A DNA stretch of 32,000 nucleotides from Ruminococcus albus 7 = DSM 20455. Lineage in GTDB: Bacteria > Bacillota > Clostridia > Oscillospirales > Ruminococcaceae. The DNA lies in NCBI RefSeq assembly GCF_000179635.2, contig NC_014824.1:240001-272000 (forward strand), given 5' to 3'. Both the position numbers and the translations under genes were made by a program. Below, piece after piece: positions 17,278 through 23,490 of the stretch; positions within the stretch are counted from its first letter, which is position 1; each line of letters starts with the position of its first letter. The notes beneath the pieces were generated by a model. That model saw nothing but the letters and a program-made list of their open reading frames with translations. It did no database searches and was not told where the DNA came from.

Positions 17278-18261
17278 ATGTTTGATAAAATCGATCTCAA
17301 TGATTTCTGGGACAGCAGCAGTGAATATGATTATCTTAAACTGGAGCCTTTTTCGGAAGAAAAACTTCGGGCTATAGAAAAAGAGATCGGATATAAATTA
17401 CCCGAATCCTATATCGCCCTGTTGCGTGTGCAAAATGGAGGCTGCCCCAAAAATAAAAGAGTCGGAAATACGTCATGGCTGCTCGAAGGCATTTACGGTA
17501 TCTGCAAAGGTGAAAGCGAATTCTGGGAAAATGAGGGGGTAGCTTATCCGAAGATAGGTGTACCTATATGTATAAGCGACTATGACTGTGACAGGATATT
17601 TTTAGATTATCGTGAGTGTGGAAATGACGGAGAACCCAGAGTAGTGGGGATCTCTCCCGAAATGGATACGATCGAATTTATTGCCAAGGACTTTGAATCG
17701 TTCATAAATATGCTTGTCCCTGCAAGATATGATGAAAACGACGAGATTATCGAAGAAGACGTTGTAAAAATAGATCCTTATGAAGGAGTACAGTTCACTC
17801 CCGTAGAAGGAGAGCAGAAAAAAGAATTGGATCGATATATATGGAAAGGCATGCCGGGATTTTCCTTTTTCACTGTATTCTGCATACTGATAGGCATCGT
17901 ACTTGATTTATTTGATACAGATAATAAACTGTTATCGTTATTATCAAACCTGGCATATATCGCAGCCGCACTTGGTTTCCTTATCACGATAGGTGGTATT
18001 ATATATTGTTCTTCTCAGAGCAAGCGTTCTTACGAATGTTATGTTGATACTGTTGATATTGTCTGGGAGGCAAATGAGCCGATCAGTAAAACGAAATATA
18101 ACCAAGAAAAGAGAACGTTCTTTTTTCACCTGACAAAAAGCAAGGCTGAAAGTTACCCAAACACCGAGGGGTTTAAAGAGGGCGACAGAATAAGAGTATA
18201 CCGAGTGATAAACGATAAAAACGGAGAGGTTATGCTTATGAAAGAGCAGGATCAAAAATGA
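17278..18261 (+). CDS. SMI1/KNR4 (SUKH-1) domain protein fused to a two-helix membrane region and a C-terminal domain
   Basis: The N-terminus FSEEKLRAIEKEIGYKLPESYIALLRVQNGG is the typical SMI1_KNR4 signature. Hydrophobic helices FSFFTVFCILIGIVLDLF and LAYIAAALGFLITIGGIIY. AAGGAG SD. Confidence 0.75.
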   Translation: MFDKIDLNDFWDSSSEYDYLKLEPFSEEKLRAIEKEIGYKLPESYIALLRVQNGGCPKNKRVGNTSWLLEGIYGICKGESEFWENEGVAYPKIGVPICISDYDCDRIFLDYRECGNDGEPRVVGISPEMDTIEFIAKDFESFINMLVPARYDENDEIIEEDVVKIDPYEGVQFTPVEGEQKKELDRYIWKGMPGFSFFTVFCILIGIVLDLFDTDNKLLSLLSNLAYIAAALGFLITIGGIIYCSSQSKRSYECYVDTVDIVWEANEPISKTKYNQEKRTFFFHLTKSKAESYPNTEGFKEGDRIRVYRVINDKNGEVMLMKEQDQK

Positions 18262-18338
18262 GAATTTAAGAACACGGGATCCTATCACAACGCTTAAAAG
18301 TTCGGTGTAGTACGATAATAACAATTATTGAAACATAG

Positions 18339-18380
18339 GAAGCTGCCTAAAGCTTAGCTTAAGACAGCTTCTTTTTCTTT
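18339..18380 (+). terminator. Rho-independent terminator
   Basis: GAAGCTG ... CAGCTTC 7-bp stem with a long loop, followed by TTTTTCTTT. Confidence 0.55.
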
Positions 18381-18620
18381 CAGTTAGTGGACGAAGATTT
18401 TGCTTTTGATGAAGTTACGGAAGTATATGAAATGATTGCTGAAAATCTGCTTCGAAATGAGGGTACACTTTTATCTTACTTTGATATTTTTGAACAAAGA
18501 CAGTCAGAAAAATGCTCAAGCATATATTTGATGAACGGCGCAGGATGACATAAACGATTGCACGTTGTAAGTCTGCTCCTTCATTCTTAAAGTTGGTAGA
18601 ACGGCAAGAACAAAACTCAA

Positions 18621-18676
18621 ATTCATAATGAATGCTAATATACAACGTTGACATTATAAAATGCTTATGGTATAAT
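18621..18676 (+). promoter_or_regulatory. Second copy of the palindrome-bearing consensus promoter
   Basis: ATTCATAATGAAT (18621-18633), CAACGTTG (18643-18650), TTGACA (18648-18653), 17-nt spacer, TATAAT (18671-18676). Homologous to 12002-12057. Confidence 0.7.
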
Positions 18677-18713
18677 AAATATAATTAAATAAATAACAGG
18701 AGAAACTTTTAAC

Positions 18714-20336
18714 ATGAAAAAAATAATTACGAGTATGCTGGCTGTTTCAATGATTACAGGAATGGCTTGTATGTCTGCTGGTGCAGAAGCTGAATACAAT
18801 AATGCTAATTCAAATGTGATGGTCGCAAATGAAAATCATATCAGTGCAACCAATCCTGTAGTTGATCTTCTGAAAAGTGCAACCAACGGAAAAGATAGTC
18901 CTTATAATCATTATACAGTATATGATGGTTCGGACGCAAAAAGTTTTAAGGTCAAAGGCAGAACGTACTACTATGGCATTACCCAAAATGGAAATATAAG
19001 CTCATTCTCATTGAATACCCAAAAGGTCAAAAAACTGTCATTCAAGGTTGCACATCTAGATAATTCTAGTCTGGTGGATGATAGTACACTTACCATATAT
19101 CTCGACGGAGAAAAATATAAAACTTATACCTTAACTTATAATATGACATATCTTCCTATAGATATTGATACAACTGAATTTAGCAAGGTAAGATTTGATT
19201 TTGGTGAATACAAGGATTCAAGGTTTGCTTTGGTAGATTTCAAAGTAGATGGTAAAACTGCCCCGAAAGGCGCAGATATACCTAAATATACGTCGGTTGA
19301 TAGCTTAATTAACAGTGCGTACGATACTGATACATTTTGGTTATCCGAAACGACGATATATGACAGCAGTAAAAAACTTGGGTTTAAAATGAAAGGCAGA
19401 ACATACTACAATGGTATATCTATGCGTTCTGGTGGTGGTTTCTCACTAAACACCGAGAATGTAGATTCAATATCTTTTGATCTTAGTCATGTTGATAACT
19501 CGGGAATTGGAGATTCTGCTGTAAAGATATATTTGGATAATGAACTTTACGAGAATAAAGCAATAAGCATTGCACCAAACACCCCTATAAAAAGATATAC
19601 ATTAGATCTGAAAAACATAGATAATCTACGCATTGAAACAAATAGATATACAGAGACATCATATGCAGTGGGTAATATTGAGTTCAATAATATTAAATCT
19701 CAGAAAAGCTATATAGTGCCTACCTATGATGACGCCATAGATTTTATTAACAGCAAATTCAATGACAGCGGCGTAACGGTATATGACAATACTCAAAAGC
19801 TAGGTTTTAATATGGATGGAGTAAATTACAAACAAGGTTTGCTAATGAGTGCTGGAGGCACGGTATCATTCAATACTGAGAGTATAAAGAAACTGTCATT
19901 TAAACTTGGTTATATAGATAACTCAGTTCCTTATTCGGGTAATAAATTACAGGTTTATCTTGATGGTGAACTCAAGGAGATATCGATTGAAAAAAATCAA
20001 AAAAATCAAAAGACCCAGAATGTTGATCTTGATGTATCAAATGTTAAATGTGTAAAGATCAATTTTTCAGACAAATATGCTAATACCAAATACGGTTTGG
20101 CAGATATTGCTATCATCAAAGATGAATCAAAGGTCAATATCCCAAAAGGCGATGTGAATTTGGACAATGTAGTTAATATTACGGATATCACAAAAGTTGC
20201 AGCGCATATCAAGGGTAAAAAGGTTTTGACAGGCGATAGTCTGAAGGCAGCAGATGTTAATGACGACAACAAAATAAATATCACGGATATAACAAAGATA
20301 GCAGCTCATATAAAGGGTCGTATAATTCTGAAGTAA
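18714..20336 (+). CDS. Secreted dockerin-containing protein with three NPCBM-like repeats (cellulosome-type cargo)
   Basis: Signal peptide MKKIITSMLAVSMITGMACMSAGA. Three modules of about 145 aa (…YD.S.K.GFKMKGRTYY.GI…SFSLNT..V..LSF.L.H.DNS…IYLDGE…). C-terminal type I dockerin duplicate GDVNLDNVVNITDITKVAAHIKG / ADVNDDNKINITDITKIAAHIKG. Confidence 0.85.
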   Translation: MKKIITSMLAVSMITGMACMSAGAEAEYNNANSNVMVANENHISATNPVVDLLKSATNGKDSPYNHYTVYDGSDAKSFKVKGRTYYYGITQNGNISSFSLNTQKVKKLSFKVAHLDNSSLVDDSTLTIYLDGEKYKTYTLTYNMTYLPIDIDTTEFSKVRFDFGEYKDSRFALVDFKVDGKTAPKGADIPKYTSVDSLINSAYDTDTFWLSETTIYDSSKKLGFKMKGRTYYNGISMRSGGGFSLNTENVDSISFDLSHVDNSGIGDSAVKIYLDNELYENKAISIAPNTPIKRYTLDLKNIDNLRIETNRYTETSYAVGNIEFNNIKSQKSYIVPTYDDAIDFINSKFNDSGVTVYDNTQKLGFNMDGVNYKQGLLMSAGGTVSFNTESIKKLSFKLGYIDNSVPYSGNKLQVYLDGELKEISIEKNQKNQKTQNVDLDVSNVKCVKINFSDKYANTKYGLADIAIIKDESKVNIPKGDVNLDNVVNITDITKVAAHIKGKKVLTGDSLKAADVNDDNKINITDITKIAAHIKGRIILK

Positions 20337-20365
20337 TTATATGAATGATCAATGAGCATTATCAA

Positions 20366-20398
20366 AGGCGGATCCTATTTAAAAGGGTCTGCCTTTTT
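20366..20398 (+). terminator. Rho-independent terminator of the dockerin gene
   Basis: AGGCGGATCC ... GGGTCTGCCT stem (8 of 10 pairs) followed by TTTTT. The miniature IS605-type element begins immediately after the T-tract. Confidence 0.6.
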
Positions 20399-20623
20399 AT
20401 CCTCTTTCAGCAAGAAGACTCCCACCTCTTAGGTGGTTGATGAATTGCGTTCCTTACTCACTGGACTTTTCACTTTGCTCATAGCATAAAATATTCAGTC
20501 GAATAAAATGGAGTGGCTAAAACACAGTGGATTTTGATAATAAAGCATATTCTTGCTTTACAAGAGGGGAAATTTTTTTAACAGGGCGAGAACACACGTT
20601 ATTTAGGCGGGGGAGGATGTCAC
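20399..20623 (+). mobile_element. Miniature (LE+RE, about 225 bp) derivative of the IS200/IS605-family element, copy 2
   Basis: The first about 140 nt match the LE of 21694-23241. The last about 25 nt (TTAGGCGGGGGAGGATGTCAC) match its RE terminus. No ORF. The LE hairpin is mutated (GGTGGTTGA) and the left arm of the RE hairpin is missing, so it is probably decayed. Confidence 0.5.
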
Positions 20624-20738
20624 CAACATATTTATTATTTTCACTTATTTTCGAGTATAATATCTATAGATCAGATCTTGATATTTGGAGTTGAAACTAC
20701 ATATCAAGATCTGAATTATTTTTCAAGGAGTAGATATT
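20624..20738 (+). repeat. Module P copy C (promoter + 5' hairpin + SD), the functional copy
   Basis: TATAAT at 20656-20661, inverted repeat at 20671-20715, AAGGAG, then the ATG at 20739. Confidence 0.8.
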
Positions 20739-21128
20739 ATGGCACAATTTAAGGAAAATGATTTCATCATCTGTAAGCCGGCAGAAGAAAAAAGAACCAA
20801 AGCAAACGTTGATTTCGAGATCTATGCGCGTATCGTAAAGATCGATGAAAGTACAAATACAGCCTTTCTCGATAAATATCTTGAACAGGGGTTACTTCAT
20901 TGCGAAACTGGAAAAGATATAGACGGAAACGAAGTATATAACAAATTTCCTCTCAACGAAATCGACCGGTTCTATCAGCTTATGAACAATGAAGAAAAGC
21001 ATATATTCAGGGATAATTTGCAGAAGATAAAAGATCGAACAGTAAAAGATCCTTGGAAATCAATTCGTATGTACAGCAATAAAGTGAAAGCAACATACGA
21101 GGCTATTTGCAATGATATAAACGAATAG
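20739..21128 (+). CDS. Hypothetical protein (129 aa)
   Basis: ORF with AAGGAG SD 8 nt upstream. No recognisable motif. A decapitated paralogous start is present at 11925. Confidence 0.65.
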   Translation: MAQFKENDFIICKPAEEKRTKANVDFEIYARIVKIDESTNTAFLDKYLEQGLLHCETGKDIDGNEVYNKFPLNEIDRFYQLMNNEEKHIFRDNLQKIKDRTVKDPWKSIRMYSNKVKATYEAICNDINE

Positions 21129-21147
21129 AAATACAGAATTCAGATCA

Positions 21148-21193
21148 CAAGAAAACGCCCTTCATCTATCATAAGATGTTGGGCGTTTTCTTG
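21148..21193. terminator. Bidirectional rho-independent terminator
   Basis: CAAGAAAACGCCC ... GGGCGTTTTCTTG, a perfect 13-bp stem between convergent ORFs. Confidence 0.7.
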
Positions 21194-21220
21194 TTGTATA
21201 TTAAAATCAATAAGGAGAAG

Positions 21221-21511
21221 CTATCTTCCACGACCGTGACTTTTGGTAATAGAATTATCTAAGCATTCGATCGCTATATCATATAATTTATCCTGATTTA
21301 ATCCGTTAATGTCATGATCCATAAGTCCATCAGATATGGTGGTATAGAATTCATCCGGATCATTATATCCATAAGATACTAACAAACCATTATCATTAAT
21401 AACCATTAGGTTAATGCTAAGCCAGTCGTAAAAACTAGCCGGTATTTTTCCGTCTGATTCACATTCTTTGTAGTAGTTTGCGTACATATCAAGTGCTTTA
21501 GCTAGTGTCAT
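21221..21511 (-). CDS. Hypothetical protein (96 aa)
   Basis: ORF with AAAGGA SD, preceded by a consensus promoter on the minus strand. No recognisable motif. Confidence 0.6.
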   Translation of the reverse strand: MTLAKALDMYANYYKECESDGKIPASFYDWLSINLMVINDNGLLVSYGYNDPDEFYTTISDGLMDHDINGLNQDKLYDIAIECLDNSITKSHGRGR

Positions 21512-21571
21512 AGTAAGTTCAATCCTTTCTAATAATATATGATCAAAATATAGAATTATAAAACTGTTAAT

Positions 21572-21600
21572 ATTATATCACAAAAATATTAAAATGTCAA
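21572..21600 (-). promoter_or_regulatory. Consensus extended -10 promoter (minus strand): TTGACA-17-TGaTATAAT
   Basis: Minus strand reads CTTGACATTTTAATATTTTTGTGATATAATATT. -35 at 21595-21600, -10 at 21572-21577. Confidence 0.6.
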
Positions 21601-21693
21601 GAGCTGCAACGACGTATCCACAAAATAATTGAAAATAAATTGTCATTACCTCTTTTTTTATCTGGATGAGATTTCTGCTATAATAACATCGTA

Positions 21694-21900
21694 GTGACAT
21701 CCTCCCCCGCCTAAAGAGGCGGGGGGCGTCCCCTAACCTCAGCGAGTTCGGTTCTCGTTCGATAGTACTAATGCACTAAGCATAAGCGAGCTAACCCCGT
21801 GTGTCCCACGGTTTTTATGATTTAAGGCTACGCTAATGCTATTCGCATGCCTTCGTTTCTTATATTTATTGCAGCATTTACATCTCTGTCATGGTGAGTT
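21694..21900 (-). ncRNA. Predicted TnpB omega (right-end) RNA scaffold
   Basis: By analogy with characterised TnpB systems, the RNA spans the tnpB 3' end and the RE. The region is GC-rich and structured (GGGGACGCCCCCCGCCTCTTTAGGCGGGGGAGGATGTCAC). The 5' boundary is not determinable by eye. Confidence 0.4.
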
Positions 21901-22955
21901 CCGCATTCGGGACAGTCCCATGCTCTTATAGCAAGGTTCTTTGTTTCCTTATTGATGTAACCACAGCACGAACAAGTCTGACTGCTCGCAAAGAATTTAT
22001 CTATCTTTACAAGTCTTTTGCCTTGTTCTTCCAGTTTGTACTTCAGGAATGTTACAAACATTCCCCAGCCGTTATCAGAAACCGACTTGCCGAATTTAAG
22101 TGCCTGAGACATTGCTTGCATGTTAAGATCTTCTATACATACACAATCATAGGCATTGGCTATCTGTCTTGACTGTTTATGTAGAAAGTCCTTTCGTTGA
22201 TTTGCTACTTTCTCATGCATTTTAGCAACCTTGATACGTTGTTTATCACGGTTTTTAGAGCCTTTCTGCATAAGAGAAAGTTTTCTTTGTTCTCTTTTTA
22301 GCTTTTTTTCGGCTCGTCTATAGTATCTGGGGTAGGCAGGTTCATTGCCGTTGCTGTCTTTGTACAGCTCATGCATCGAAAAGTCAAGCCCTAAGAAGTC
22401 ATGCAGTTCCTGTTCCTGTACTTGGTTTTCGTACTCATACAGAATACTTGCATAGTATTTTCCGCTTGGAGTCTGACTTACTGTCACAGACTTGAGAACA
22501 TATTCATCAGGAATGTTCCTGTGCTGTTTTACTTTGACTTGTCCAACTTTAGGTAATTTCAAGTATCCATTGGATATGGCTATGTTACCATTGATACAAA
22601 CGGTAGAATAGCTGTTCTTTTTACATTTTTTTGATTTAAACCTGGGAAATCCTGTTTTAGGCTGTTTGAAAAAGTTCTGAAACGCTGTATCCAGGTGTCG
22701 AAGCGACTGCTGCAATGATACGCTGTCCACTTCCCGTAAGAATGAGTATTTCTCCATTTTCTTAAGTTCAGCCATTTCTTTAGCAGAGGCATTGTAACTT
22801 AAAGTTGTCTCATATTCTTTATACTGCTTGATTCTTTTGTATAACCAATAGTTATATACCAATCTCACACAGCCGAAGGTTTTGGCAAACAAAATCTTTT
22901 GCTCGTTATTTGGGTGTATTCTGAATTTAAATGCTTTGTTTGCCATAGTGTTCAC
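21828..22955 (-). CDS. tnpB: TnpB RNA-guided nuclease (OrfB_IS605 + Zn ribbon)
   Basis: 375 aa. N-terminal FKFRIHPNNEQKILFAKTFGCVRLVYNYWL. RuvC motifs LGLDFS, CIEDLN, HDRDVNAAINI. Zinc ribbon CSCCGY...CPECG. Confidence 0.9.
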   Translation of the reverse strand: MNTMANKAFKFRIHPNNEQKILFAKTFGCVRLVYNYWLYKRIKQYKEYETTLSYNASAKEMAELKKMEKYSFLREVDSVSLQQSLRHLDTAFQNFFKQPKTGFPRFKSKKCKKNSYSTVCINGNIAISNGYLKLPKVGQVKVKQHRNIPDEYVLKSVTVSQTPSGKYYASILYEYENQVQEQELHDFLGLDFSMHELYKDSNGNEPAYPRYYRRAEKKLKREQRKLSLMQKGSKNRDKQRIKVAKMHEKVANQRKDFLHKQSRQIANAYDCVCIEDLNMQAMSQALKFGKSVSDNGWGMFVTFLKYKLEEQGKRLVKIDKFFASSQTCSCCGYINKETKNLAIRAWDCPECGTHHDRDVNAAINIRNEGMRIALA

Positions 22956-23268
22956 TCCTTTTATGGCTTTATGTTCTTGATTTTAAATTCTTTAGTGTTG
23001 TATTAGTAGTATTATTTGATCTGTCTGACCTCCAGTTATTAATTATTATCTACAATACTATTATACAAGAAAATTAGTAATAATATAAATAGTGCTTTAT
23101 TATCCAAATCCACTGTATTTTAGCCACTCCATTTTATTCGACTGAATATTTTATGCTATGAGTAAAGTGAAAAGTTCAATGAGTAAGAAACGTAATTCAT
23201 CTCCCACCTAAGAGGTGGGAGTCTTCTTGCTTAAAGAGGATTAAAAAAGCAAAACCGATAGCAGAATA

Positions 23269-23297
23269 TTGACAAAAATTATTTTTTTGTGTATAAT
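23269..23297 (+). promoter_or_regulatory. Consensus promoter TTGACA-17-TATAAT upstream of the subunit A gene
   Basis: -35 at 23269-23274, -10 at 23292-23297. Located 28 bp from the LE terminus of the TnpB element. Confidence 0.7.
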
Positions 23298-23322
23298 ATT
23301 TGCGATGGTACTTGAACTGCTT

Positions 23323-23340
23323 TGTGTCACGCGTGACACA
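23323..23340. promoter_or_regulatory. Solitary perfect palindrome TGTGTCACGCGTGACACA (operator or parS-like site)
   Basis: Identical to array units. Centred about 30 nt downstream of the -10 box, in a roadblock or operator position. Confidence 0.6.
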
Positions 23341-23372
23341 AAGTATTTGCAATGAGACGTTAAAATTAAAAG

Positions 23373-23397
23373 GGGAGTCCTAAAGACTCTCTTTTTT
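23373..23397 (+). terminator. Intrinsic terminator-like hairpin within the subunit A leader
   Basis: GGGAGTC-CTAAA-GACTCTC (7 bp including one G-U pair) followed by T6. Lies about 95 nt after the predicted TSS and 94 nt before the ATG. Confidence 0.55.
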
Positions 23398-23429
23398 ACT
23401 ATATATAATTTTTTTTCTATGATAAAATC

Positions 23430-23438
23430 TGCTATAAT
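23430..23438 (+). promoter_or_regulatory. Second, extended -10 promoter (TGcTATAAT) proximal to the subunit A gene
   Basis: TGCTATAAT at 23430-23438 with an A/T-rich upstream region and no clear -35. Confidence 0.4.
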
Positions 23439-23490
23439 ACTATACAGAAACAATATTTTCTATACATAAATATTTTTAAGGAGAATAAAA

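Larger units (their letters stand above)
21694..23241 (-). mobile_element. IS200/IS605-family TnpB-only (IS1341-like, non-autonomous) element, about 1.55 kb
   Basis: On the minus strand the LE starts ATCCTCTTTAAGC and has the hairpin CTCCCACCTCTTAGGTGGGAG about 20 nt in. The RE has the related hairpin CCCCGCCTCTTTAGGCGGGG, followed by 11 nt (GAGGATGTCAC) to the end. Related LE and RE hairpins at these distances are the IS608-type geometry. No Y1 tnpA is present. Confidence 0.65.

Noticed and set aside
18385-18654. ORF 18415-18654 (-) and a possible plus-strand gene fragment (…FAFDEVTEVYEMIAENLLRNEG…, about 18385-18545)
   Set aside because: The minus ORF has no SD and overlaps the promoter module. 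The plus-strand frame has no start or SD and may be a remnant of a truncated gene, but I cannot support a call.
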